DNA from: Takakia lepidozioides
Lineage: Eukaryota; Plantae; Bryophyta
Assembly: GCA_030704615.1 (NCBI GenBank)
Contig: CM060731.1
Span: forward strand, 35,464,001 to 35,528,000
DNA length: 64,000 nucleotides
Direction of reading: 5' to 3'
Shown: piece after piece, positions 1 through 10,679 of the stretch
Layout: the number at the start of each line of letters is the position of its first letter
How positions within the stretch are numbered: position 1 is the first letter of the stretch
Translations under genes and position numbers: made by a program
The notes under the pieces: generated by a model
Database searches by the model: none
What the model saw: only the letters and a program-made list of their open reading frames with translations
Told to the model about the DNA's origin: nothing

Positions 1-869
1 AGAGGCGCAGGCCGTACGGCCGGCGTGTGCCTGCCCTGCCTCCCTTTTGGCTTTACTCTGCTCGCCGTCCGGCTATTCACGGCTCCGGAACCGTGCGCGC
101 CGGCTTGCGGATGAATAACCCCCTTCCCCATCCACTCCTCACTAGCAGAGGGATGGATAATCATCGGAATATTTTAGCCTCGTCCACTCCGGCACGTATT
201 ACACCAATCATAGTCTGCCGATGGTACCCCTCTGCCGGATAACCTCATCATCATTGTACCGAGACGGAGATGAATGACAAACCACATCATAATTCATCCA
301 CGTTCCATAGATGACAAGCGTTAGTACCGGTGTGGTACCGGTAGCCAGTAAGTAGTAAATTTTTAAACATCGGAAGGGGAAGATAGAAGCGAGAAAAGGG
401 ATGATAATGACGGGCATGGGGATCGAGTCAACTGGTTTTGTCCTTTTTCGTTTTTTTAAAAGTATTAGAGAGAATCTGGAGATGGATGAGAAGAGCGGAT
501 GAATGTGCATCCGCTCGTGTGAGAGGCACAAGCTACTTGTTTTGGTTTGTACCACTTGGTACGGTGGCCAGCCGCCGGGTAGTACGCGACCGTACGCAGG
601 AGGCAGGAGCGCCGACCGAACGTCAAAAGGGAGCCCGCGTTCTCCCATAATGTGGGGTGGCGCCAACCCGGATGTACGGCGCCGCGTGGCCTGCGCGCTC
701 TGCATATCTTCGAGGATGAATGATTCTTTCGGATGTAACTGTCCGGCTACGGATGAACACTTGCCGCCATCCGTAAGCTGTCCACGTCAGGTATATTTTC
801 TCCCCTTAAAGAGTAGCAAGTGGCTAAGCCCTAAAGTAATAAGGAGAGGGCCCAACCCCCAAAGGAGGC

Positions 870-1365
870 AGTAACTGCAAGGCGAAGTGGCTCTTAGTTA
901 CGCCTGCTTCGGCCAGAGTCTTCTCTCTCTGCGAATGATGCCCACAATGCACTCCCGTTGTAGAGGATACAACGCCCTTCATGGGTACAATGTACCACAT
1001 CTTTGCATGACAAGCACCTGTACATGTGGGAGGTAATTTGCAGTGTGCACATGTGAATGTGTTCTTCGGGATAGTGACACCAACTCTGCACGGATCCTTC
1101 CACTTCCCCACAAAATTGCTAGAGTTCCGAGACTTAGGAAGAGATGTGGGCACAAATCGTTCTCGCATTCGAAAGCTCCTGCACAAACGACATATTGGAG
1201 CATATATTGTGGCATTGACACCTTGGACGTGGATTTTGTTATGCACCAGGGGTGACTATCGTGCTTCCTATCCCTGCCAATCAATCCGCACCTATCATTT
1301 TGTTGCTCTTCCTTGTAGGGTATTTCAAAGATAAGGTCGCCATCAATAAAGCTCAAGGGATCAAC
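870..1365 (-). pseudogene. Frameshifted Cys/His-rich (GCM-like) zinc-binding domain, probably from a DNA-transposon protein
   Basis: Joining ORFs 979-1356 and 824-1246 gives DGDLIFEIP..DRKHDSHPWC..CAGAFECENDLCP..CAHCKLPPTCTGACHAKMWY..HCGHHS, a CxGxxxCxNxxC / CxxC / HxGxH pattern resembling GCM-type domains in Mutator-related transposases. Recognised by eye only. Confidence 0.4.
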
Positions 1366-2530
1366 TGCAATGTAAAGCCCAAATGTTTCACTTGTTTGTA
1401 GGAGTGTGTTTGCAAGATGAGACTCGATTCACATTTTTGCAGGAGTAGTGAATTTCAGTCCATCAAGAGGTGTACTTCATGTAGTGAATGCTCTCTTGGT
1501 GTGATAAAGGTGCCCGGCCAGCAATGACAGGCCAGTTTAACCCTAAAGGAGGAGAGGTGTTTTTGGGTTTTTGGACAATTCCGGGACCCACCCTCACACG
1601 TCAGCGGCTACCTGCCCACCAACGTTCATCCACGTGGATGAACCGTACAAACTGCTTTCTACCTAGAAGATGCACAAGCCCCCCAAATTTAGGGAGATTC
1701 CACCTTGTAGTTTGAGAGATTATAACATTTGAAGACGGTGCATTTTTTTGAAAATGGAAACAAAAAAGCAAAAGTTCATGTTTGACCAAGCAAATTATCC
1801 ATGATCCCAAATTTTCCTGGGAGAAAAAGTGCTATATTCCTGTAAAGTGCACAATCCCAAACCCTCACACCAAATTTCACCCCAATCTGCCAAAATGAAA
1901 GGGGGGGTGCTTTGTATGTGACTGGAATGGGGGTCCAAAAAGAGAATTTGCAAAGAAAATGGTATAGGCCCAATTGGGACCCCCAAATTCTCCTTCATTT
2001 GGGAATTCCAACGGTCAGTCCCTCATAGGCCAAGAACTACACAAGCCTGCCCAAGAATTTCCCAAAAATTCCCTAAATTGCATTTGGGATGTGGGATTTT
2101 GTGAAATTTCCGGCCTCCTCCAGGTCAGGCAATTGGTGGCCGGAATTTCGCCTGAATCTGGCGACGTTTTCCGGGCCACGCCGAGGTTTCCCATTATTTG
2201 CCAGGGCCACCTCATTCGAGCCGTCCCCTGTTCCTCGGCGTTTTGGGGAGGGCCTCACAAGCCCCCGACTCCAACCCCTGCATTGCCCCCGCTGCAAAAT
2301 CCCACCCGCATGGCCGCTGCCACCTGCCAGTCGACGGTCAACTGCCGTGCCCCCCCCTCCACCCAAAATTTTACAATTTCCAAACTTCAAAAAATTTCTG
2401 ACGGCGGAGTTTTTATCTATTGGGGGCGCCATAAAGACCTGCGTGTGCAGCTCATTCCGCGCTACATTTTTCGTTCAAGCCGCTCGTTCACCGGACTTCA
2501 TCCGTGCATGCTACGGATGGATGAAAAATC

Positions 2531-2571
2531 GGGCCGACCCGATTCGGGTCGGCTCGTCGTTTAAGGGTTAA
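2531..2571. mobile_element. Right terminus of a piggyBac-like (TTAA) element; left end not found in the window
   Basis: ...TTTAAGGG ends at 2567 and is followed by TTAA (2568-2571). Its reverse complement (CCCTTAA..CGACCCGAATCGGGTC) shares the terminal 7-mer and a subterminal palindrome with the left end of the 2715-3521 element. Confidence 0.5.
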
Positions 2572-2714
2572 AGATTCACAAAATTATCAGCTAATAAGTT
2601 ATCTCTGGCTTTTTCTTTTTTTTTTCCAGAAAAAGGGGGTATTTGGGCGGGTATTACTTTTTCTAATACCAGCTGGGTCCAAGTATTGAAAAGAAATTTT
2701 TAATAAAGTGTTAA

Positions 2715-3521
2715 CCCTTAAGTTCCCAAGCGACCTGAATCGGGTCACTTTGAATTTGCAGTTCGACCTAATCTTTGCAGATCTAATCTGATGGGGCCCA
2801 CTCCTGAAGCTTTGATGACAAGGGATTTGTCTCGAGTATGATGCAAAAAACTAAATTTTATTTTTTATTTTTTTTATTTTTTTATTTTTTAAACTTCAAC
2901 CTACAAAAAATATCTTAGATCTCTCATTTATGTTTTGGGGCCTGAAAAGGGCTTGTTGACCGCTGACGTGGCAGGTAAACAAGCCCAAAACAGATTGCAC
3001 TCCAAAGGCCATTTTTGGCATAAAATTAGCAATTTTGGAAAAAACACAGGTACCATTGGCTTTTAAAAAATTTGTAGAAAAAAAAATACTTCATTTGGAG
3101 GCACATTTTCTCTTGTCAATTTTGAGATTTCAACCCCCATGTAATTGCATGCATAGCAACCATAGGTGAAAAAATCAGTTGGACCTACAATTTAGTGGGG
3201 TCATAGCCACTCCACTACTGATTTGAAAATGGTGGGTCTTGGGACAAGCAAAATTGGATAAAACTAGGTTTTGATTTGGTCAAACCAATTTCTTTCTCAC
3301 TTTTTATTTGGGACCTGATATTTGAGGTCCGGGCAAACACTATAATCTCACAATTTCCACGGTGGACTTGGCTCCTTTTTTGGTATGTCATGCATAAATG
3401 AGCTGGGCCCATTGCTGTAAGGTTGGAATCTGTGATTTTCGATAGGTTTCTGGGGGCAATTTACTGCAGCTGGGTACCCAAAATTGGTAAAAAGTCAAAA
3501 AAGGGCTTGGGAACTTAAGGG
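2715..3521. mobile_element. Non-autonomous piggyBac-like element (807 bp)
   Basis: Perfect 17-bp TIRs CCCTTAAGTTCCCAAGC (2715-2731, 3505-3521), TTAA on both sides (2711-2714, 3522-3525), no transposase ORF. Confidence 0.8.
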
Positions 3522-3724
3522 TTAACTTAAGGGCTACTTACCCCTTCTCAAAAGAAAAATAAATAAATAAAATTGCAATACCAGCTAGTTCCAAAGTATT
3601 GAAAGATTCCCTTCATTTTAATACCCGCCGGATCTCAATAGTAGCATGATTTTCGATTTGCGGACGGGTATCAATAGGATGGGTATTCCAATCTAATACC
3701 AGCCGGTTATTAACCCGGGTATAA

Positions 3725-3727
<3 letters not shown>

Positions 3728-3780
<53 letters not shown>
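3728..3780. repeat. (TTA)n microsatellite
   Basis: Direct reading. Confidence 0.95.
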
Positions 3781-3782
<2 letters not shown>

Positions 3783-3931
3783 CACTAAATAATTTAGAAA
3801 ATTTTAGTTGATTTCACAAAGAAATTAATTATTAAGTTGCAAAATTCAGTCTTTGCAATACATAATAACAACGTTGCAGATTTTAGTATCCTAATTGAAG
3901 CAAGCTTAGTTAAAAGAAGACTGATTGCAAC

Positions 3932-4767
3932 CACTGTTGGACTGGTATATAGGGTCTAGCCGGGTATCAACCAATCAACTGGGGTATTGAATAACCGACC
4001 CGGCTGGTATTGGAAATTCCAATACTATGGTTGATAAACGGACCGGGTGGTATTGCCAAGGCAATACCCGAGTGCATACCTATATTATGGGCAAAAACAA
4101 GGACTATACCATGGTATGAATAGGAAATTGGCTGGGTGCTTAGGTAAGAGGGTGGACATGTCAGGGAGGGCATGTCCACCCGGGCTCGCCAATACGCTTC
4201 ATTTCTTACCACATGTAGGCGGGCCCGCCCCTATTTTAAAGAATTGGCCGGATGATGTGCGGACGGATTGCAAGGTGGTTTCGAGCGGGATCAAGGATTT
4301 CTTTTTGTCGGAAGACAAATTGATTGATGAATATGAGGACCTCATTGCATATGCTGATTTATTTGACGATGAGGGTTGCAATCAGTCTTCTTTTAACTCA
4401 GCTTGCTTCAATTTGGATACTAAAATTTGCAACGCTGTTATAATGTAATGCAAAGACTGAATTTTGCAACATAATAATTAATTTCTTTATGAAATCAACT
4501 GAACCTTTCTAAATTCAATACATATTAATGATTTAATGGTAATTTTTATTATATATACCCGGGTGATAACCGGCTGGTATTATATTGGAATACCCATCCT
4601 ACTGATACCCGTCCGCAAATCGAAAATCATACTACTATTGAGAACCGGCGTGTATTAAAATTAAGGGAATCTTTCAATACTATGGAACCGGCTGGTATTG
4701 CAAATTAATTTATTTTCAATACCCGGACCCGGCTGGTATTAGAAAAAATAATACCCGCCCAACACTT
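3932..4767 (+). mobile_element. hAT-type MITE
   Basis: Imperfect TIRs CACTGTTGGACTGGTAT / ATACCCGCCCAACACTT; 8-bp TSD ATTGCAAC at 3924-3931 and 4768-4775; many subterminal CCGGCTGGTATT motifs. Confidence 0.85.
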
Positions 4768-5062
4768 ATTGCAACCACATAAGACACCCTATGTTTGCTA
4801 AAAATAAATAAAGAATAGGGACGGGCCCGCCCTACATGTGGTAAGAAATGAAACATAGTGGCGGACATGCCCTCCCTGACATGTGCAACCTCTTACCCTG
4901 ACCTATTGTGCACCCAGCCAATTTCCTATTCATACCATGGTATAGTCCTTGTTTTGGCCCATAATACGGGTATGCCACCCGGGTATTGCCTTGGCAATAC
5001 CAGCCGGTCCGGTTATCAACCATGTATTGGAATTTCCAATATCAGCTGGGTTGGTTATTAAC

Positions 5063-5594
5063 CCAGGAGATTACGAGTATGTGGCAGCTGGAAAATGGAT
5101 CTGATCCCCATAAACGCATCTATCATTTCATACATGCTTGCAACTGTAATTCTGGGTAGATTGAAGTACGGTTTCTCAGCCGGACTCAAGTCCCAGTATA
5201 CCTCATTGTGGCCGGTCCCCTGCAGTCATGAATTCTTTTGAAGTCTCCATAATTTGATCCCAACTTGTCTTTACACGCCGGCCCATTGTGGGAGTGTGGG
5301 GAATTTCTATATTTCATAACACTGTCACTTGACTATTGCAGTTTCAAACTGGTCGCGGGGGTCCACCATGTCCAGAATTGCAAAATACTCATTTCTTTTC
5401 GCATTGATCAATGATATGATCTCTGCATATTCCCAATTGGGCTGTCTGATTTTGGCTTTTCTTTGTCTGCCTTCAGAGGTTTCAGAATTTTGTTGCGCAT
5501 TTTCATCAGACATTTTTCTCTTCCCATTTCCTACTCTCCACCTCCTTTGGACCCTTGACCTCTCCCTCTTGATGCATGGCCTCTTCCTGTTCAT
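5063..5594 (-). pseudogene. Harbinger ORF1, Myb/SANT (trihelix-like) DNA-binding protein, N-terminal half
   Basis: RQPNWEYAEIISLINAK..GPACKDKLGSNYGDFKRIHD..GHNEVYWDLS..LP..MYEMIDAFM..PHTRNLL, with stops and frameshifts. Confidence 0.7.
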
Positions 5595-6219
5595 ATATTC
5601 TAATCATTTAATGTGTTGTGACAGATTCAAGAATTGAAATCCAAGGGTGGTTGTAGCGAAGAGTTGACCAAAAAGTTGAAGATGTGGCCTACATGAAAAG
5701 TCCATAAGATAAAATAAAAATAAATTGTGAAAATTAGCCAAAAAATGGATTCACTTGCACCATATCATGTTGAACGTCTATTGTTGGGACATTGTCATTT
5801 CAAATGGGAAAAAAAAAAAGATGTTATGGAGGATATATGCCGCCATGTGCCGTCGGTGACGTAATCCAAACTTGACCATAATCACAAAAGTACATGTTTT
5901 TGAAAATTTGACCTTGCCCCATCCTTCATCTATGATAAATGGTTGTATTTAATGAAGACAGTTCATGGGGTATTTTGGTTTTCATATTGTAAAGGACTTC
6001 ATGAAAATGGGTGTTATTGATAGGTTGATGAAGTACATTAAATTTAGTTTAATGAGTAAAAATGTTTAAACACTCTCACACCAGATCTATTATCGTAAGA
6101 GCAAGAGAGGGCAAAGTTCATTTTTTCAATTAAATTCCATAAATGTTACAAAATCTAGCAAATAATGAGTCCATAACAAGTTTTTTATAGACTGTAACAA
6201 AAGCTTATGGCCTTTCATA

Positions 6220-6350
6220 AAGTCCATCACTTCTAGAGATACCGGTTTTTGGTGGCACGTCTTGGAAGGTAGATACTACTAGAGTACCGGTTTTTTGGTG
6301 GCAAGTCCATCACTTCTAGAGATACGGTTGGTGGCAAGTCTGGGAAGGTC
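6220..6350. repeat. Short imperfect tandem duplication
   Basis: AAGTCCATCACTTCTAGAGATAC(C)GGTT..GGTGGCA.GTCT.GGAAGGT occurs twice, with a partial unit between. Confidence 0.7.
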
Positions 6351-7039
6351 GACACATGGAGATAAGTGCAATGTTGTGAGTCATTTTCCACAAATTTCAT
6401 AGAAATCTACGATTGTAGACAAAAACCAAAAAACTATGTACAGGAAAAATGACGGAGTTACGTCAAAAAATGGACATTGTATGTTGCAATCACCCCCAAA
6501 AGAATTTCACCGAATATTAAATTCAATGGGCGAAGATTGTACATACTGTTCGGAGGAGCTTGCTCTTCATTTTGGTTATCATGGCCTTCGCCATTTCTGC
6601 CTGTCTGGTCCATCATTGTCTAGAGTCTGCAACTGTACCGTGTAGAGCATTGACAGAGTAGTGCGAATAGAGCGAAGGTGATGCGGGGCGTGACGAAGGA
6701 GGTCTGGGTGATCACGGGGGAACTTAGGAGAACATAGGGGAATGCCAAAAGGGGGGGCAACGTAGGGAATGCTACATAACACCATGTTATTTGGCATGTT
6801 TCTGTGGTGATAGCTTAAAATTGTCATTTCAATGTATATGAAATAAATACTTAACATTGAGTGTTAATTACCATTTTCCTAACATCAACTTGTCTCCGCC
6901 CCAATCTAATGTTAGCTACCACCGGCAGGTGTGGATCCAGAGCGAAAATATTTTTTATAACTTCCTTTTAACATTGAGTTAACTCTAGGTGTGGCCGGAG
7001 CTTAAGTGAGGCAGAAAATATGAACCAAAAAAAAAAAAT

Positions 7040-7942
7040 GACCTTGCACTTGCCCTACCTCGCTACTGGAAAGCCATCTGGAGAGACGTCTGGCGCAAAG
7101 ACAGGGCATCAAAGATGAGTGGATTCCTATGGAAAGTGGTCAATCGTATTCTCCCAGTTTTTGACTTTATCGCAGGATCACCACCTTCCTGTGTTGTGTG
7201 TAACTCGGGCCTCTCTGAGTCAAGAGAACATTGCTTAGTGTTGTGTCCGATGGCTTTTTATGTCTGGACCCCGATACGTTTTTTTTACTCTCCCTGTCGC
7301 TCTGACCTTCTTGTTGGTTTATCGGTCCTATTCCTCAATCTTCATGATGTGTTCCCTGGAACTTTTGTCCTCTTTGGTGTGCTCTTAGGGGGCTTTACGT
7401 TATGGAACATCTGGAAAATGAGACGGTTTTTGGTTGTTCGTCCTTGTATTAAGCTATTGATGCATAGGGTTCACTCAGACTTAATGTCTGAAGCACGTAA
7501 GGCTTGGCGTGTGCTTTGTTCGGCTCTTGCTAGATGTGCGCAAGGAAGGAAACAACAACTACTCTCTCACTTTGATAACACCTGGGAAAAAGGCGGCTAT
7601 CTATGCACAAGACATTCCGAATCAACGATTGTCTTGAACGACTGCCTCCCGTCATGTTGGAAGCTCCGCTAGTGATCAACAATCGTTGGAGCCTGCATTC
7701 TGATGTTAATTGGCATCACATACGCTCTCTTAGAAAGGGCAACTCTAAAGCCCATATGTCTTTTTCCTCAAGGCGCTAGATCCTCAATCGGCTCTCTGTC
7801 AGCTTTCTAGTTGCAGGACCTTCTCATCCTTAGCTCTTGCAGCTCCCTAGATTATGGTTCCGGGGCAATGTCCCCTGTTTCATCCTCATGGTTTGTATCC
7901 GAAGTTATTTTTTCCTCGCCTTATTATAAATAAAACTAAAAA
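7040..7942 (+). mobile_element. 5'-truncated LINE (L1-like) 3' fragment with zf-RVT domain
   Basis: ORF 7115-7672 has FLWKVV..CVVC..ESREHCLVLCPMAFYVW..LWNIWKMR, the CCHC/zf-RVT tail of plant LINE ORF2; A-rich tail at 7925-7942. Confidence 0.75.
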
Positions 7943-7952
7943 GGGCCTATAC

Positions 7953-8711
7953 CAGTGTTGGACTGGTATATACCATAGGTTCATAGCAGATTAGGCACAA
8001 ATGAAATAAAAAAAAAGTGCCTAAGCAAATATGTGATTTTTCAAGATTTATGCCTAAAAGGTTGGAAAAATATATATGAAAGTGCCTAATTCAGTAAAAT
8101 TGTTTAAAAACATCCTATTCTATATAATTTCTATTGAAAACAAAAAACGAATGCCTTCATAAATGTTCAAAAAGTATAGGCCAACTCCCTAGGTCCATAC
8201 AACCTCCAAAGGACGTTCCAATGAGTCTCGAACATCCTGCATATGCTCATCATTGAAGTCTTCATCCCCATTCAAGTTAGGTACATCTCAATCTTCAATG
8301 TGCAAATTTCCAAGGGAGCGACTCATGCTCTCCACCACCTCAACATCAAGATAGAAATCTGGTACCTCTAAGCAACTAAGAATGCTTTCCACTTCCACTT
8401 GAGGAGTTGTGGCTCTAAACAAAGGCTCGGATGCCATCTCCATTAGAAAAGACTTTTTCTTAGGGTTTGTCTTGGGGAAGAAGAGAGAGGGTATGTGAGA
8501 CCTTTGGGGATGGAAGGAGAAGTTCCAAGTGATAAAATGTGCCTAACATGAAAAATATCTAATTTACATTTAAAAAAAATTAAGTGCCTAAAAAGAATAT
8601 TCCAAATTTAATAATTATTAGGCACTGGGGTGCCTAATCTGCTATGAACCTGCGGTAGGGTCTGGCCCGGTATCAACCAGGGTATTGAATAACAGACCCG
8701 GCTGGTATTGG
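7953..8711 (+). mobile_element. Terminal fragment of the hAT-type MITE, interrupted by a TA-MITE
   Basis: Starts CAGTGTTGGACTGGTATA; after removing 7973-8655 it reads like 3932-4011. Confidence 0.75.
7973..8655. mobile_element. Tc1/mariner-type (TA TSD) MITE
   Basis: TIRs CCATAGGTTCATAGCAGATTAGGCAC / GTGCCTAATCTGCTATGAACCTGCGG; TA at 7971-7972 and 8656-8657; the empty site matches the sister hAT MITE near 3945-3955. Confidence 0.85.
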
Positions 8712-9446
8712 CTTTTGTAGAAGAGAACAATGTCTACGTCCCACCTGGTATCCATGTACTAGATTCGGATACATCAGATTATGTGCAACAAGAAGTGCTA
8801 CCTCCAAATCATGGTGAACAGACAGTCAATTACATGCCACGAGCAACACCGATACGGAAGGGTCCACCAATTCAACATCAAGTTAGGAAAAATGAGTCTA
8901 AGAACACTCCCTTTTTCTCTGTTCATGTCACTCCCCCTGTCTATGGGTGTACTCAAGATGCCCAATTGAGCTCGGTACTGGGTTTCAAGATGCAATGGCA
9001 GATGCCATGAGGCAGCTAGTGTTCACTGACAATTCAGACAATTCAGTTCAATTCATGTCGAAGGCACCCAATCGACAACTATGTGGGCAGCATTGAGGTA
9101 AAAAAAAAATCATTATCAGCTCACACTAAACATGGTGGAAGTTACGGAGAAGGGTAACAAAATGATTCCTGAATCTCTGGACAAAATCCGAGAGTCTCAA
9201 GAGGCTGTGATCAATAAACAACTTGAATACTACAAGCAGCGTGACGAAAAAACTAATCAGACGCAGCGCAGCATGGTAGAGGCAATATTTGGTCTTACCC
9301 AGATAATGATAATGACATTTGGGCAATATGCGAGCAATGCAACTACATCAACATCCAACTACAATGCACCTCGTCAGAACGACAATAACAATGTGAATAG
9401 TCGTGCACCTTCTCCCGATGACAACAACAATGCAGAAAATCTCTGA
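8708..9446 (+). pseudogene. Harbinger ORF1 C-terminal half (coiled-coil region)
   Basis: ORFs 8708-9010 and 9132-9446 (KQLEYYKQRDEKTNQTQRSMVEAIFGLTQ); joins in frame to 5063-5594 when the inversion is reversed. Confidence 0.55.
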
Positions 9447-9604
9447 CATCTGCTGATAAATCCGAATTCTTTTGAATACAATATCAGTGATATGTACTTG
9501 CAATTTTCCATGAGCGGTATGTTCCCAAAAACATTTGAACTACATGACATTTGATGTAAATTTTAACAACATATTCGGCTGTCTTGCAAGAAAGATATTT
9601 TCTC

Positions 9605-9908
9605 TGTCAAAGACGGTAATATGACTGAACACAATATATCATACTAGAGGTACAAGACTAAACAAGAAGTCAAGGTCGCGCGTGACCGAATGCATGGTGG
9701 GTAAACATGAATCAAGATGATCTTTATAATAATGAACAAGAGTACAAGATACTGGAACTCGACTCGAATACTGGAATGCTGCAAACTAGACTGGGGTATC
9801 AGATACTGGAAACTGGATTAGAATATTGGAAGCTCGACCGGAGTACTGGGACTGGAACAAGAGTAGCTTGAACTTGTGTTGGCGAGACTGAATAGTGTTC
9901 AGTCTTGC
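9605..9908 (-). repeat. 3' LTR of Tcn1-like element, part 1
   Basis: Direct repeat of about 20068-20376. Confidence 0.85.
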
Positions 9909-10627
9909 TGTCGCGGCCCTTTGCCTTGAGGGCAGGGGGTCGGGACACATGAGGGGCTGCCCCTGTGGTGGGGGCAGCGGCAGCGGTTGGTATGGGGGGC
10001 TGAAGCACCCTTGAGTGCCCAAGGCACTCAGGGAAGCGAAGTCGCTCACTAGGTGGAGCCCCGCACACCGGGTTGCGGTGGGGGTGGCTCCACAAGGGGT
10101 GGTGGTAGCTTAGTGGGACTTAGTGGGGTGGCATAGGACTCACCATGGGGTGGAGACCTCGTGGTGGGAGTCGTTGGGAGTCTTGGGACTCATCACGCCC
10201 CATGGGCCGTGGTGAGTGGGCCAAGACTCACCGCGACTCACCACCGGGAGTCGAGGGTCTTCGTGGTGGTTCACCATAAAATGACATGGCTGGTTGTGAA
10301 ACCCCCGCGACAGCTACAGAAGTATTATAAAGGGGAGTAGTAACCCCGAGAACGGTGGAAGCCCGTTGGTGTCCAAAAACTAGTGAGTAAGCGAGCGAGC
10401 CGGAAAGCGACCAAAGAGTGGGGAGCTGTTCCGGACGCCATCTACCAAAGGGAATTCCACTAGGCCCAAATAGGTGGAGGGTCTTTCGGGAGAGCGAAAG
10501 GGACCGTTATGTCCCGGTGAGCAGCCGAAGCTCCGTTGCCCGGCGGCCAGGTTGGGAGTCAGGCGCGCACATCAAAGCGATAACACTATGACTTGAAGGG
10601 GAGCTTACCGAAGTGAGGTGCGCGACA
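9909..10627 (+). repeat. 5' LTR, copy 1
   Basis: TG...CA; direct repeat of 16115-16841. Confidence 0.95.
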
Positions 10628-10629
10628 TT

Positions 10630-10640
10630 TGGTATCAGCC
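10630..10640 (+). other. Primer-binding site (tRNA-iMet type)
   Basis: TGGTATCAG directly after the LTR; the full TGGTATCAGAGC is present in copies 2 and 3. Confidence 0.85.
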
Positions 10641-10679
10641 TAGAGTTCAGTACGCGATCGTCTTGGGATTGGCCTCATC

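Larger units (their letters stand above)
2637..5062 (-). mobile_element. Outer copy of a hAT-type MITE hosting two nested insertions; right end displaced by inversion to 7953-8711
   Basis: 2641-2700 plus 3560-3931 is the reverse complement of 4374-4765, and 4810-5060 is the reverse complement of about 3985-4238, so this is an antiparallel copy of the 3932-4767 element. Confidence 0.7.
5063..7002 (-). mobile_element. PIF/Harbinger element, left arm (now inverted)
   Basis: Terminus TAACTCTAGGTGTGGCCGGAGCT|TAA ending at 7002 matches 22/23 bp the terminus ending at 22331; contains the 5' half of the Myb/SANT ORF. Confidence 0.75.

Noticed and set aside
1-820. GC-rich ORF cluster as a gene
   Set aside because: Overlapping ORFs on both strands without motifs; cannot be assigned from sequence alone.
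3560-4765. Single foldback element or miRNA hairpin
   Set aside because: Fully explained by a hAT MITE with an 8-bp TSD nested in an antiparallel copy.
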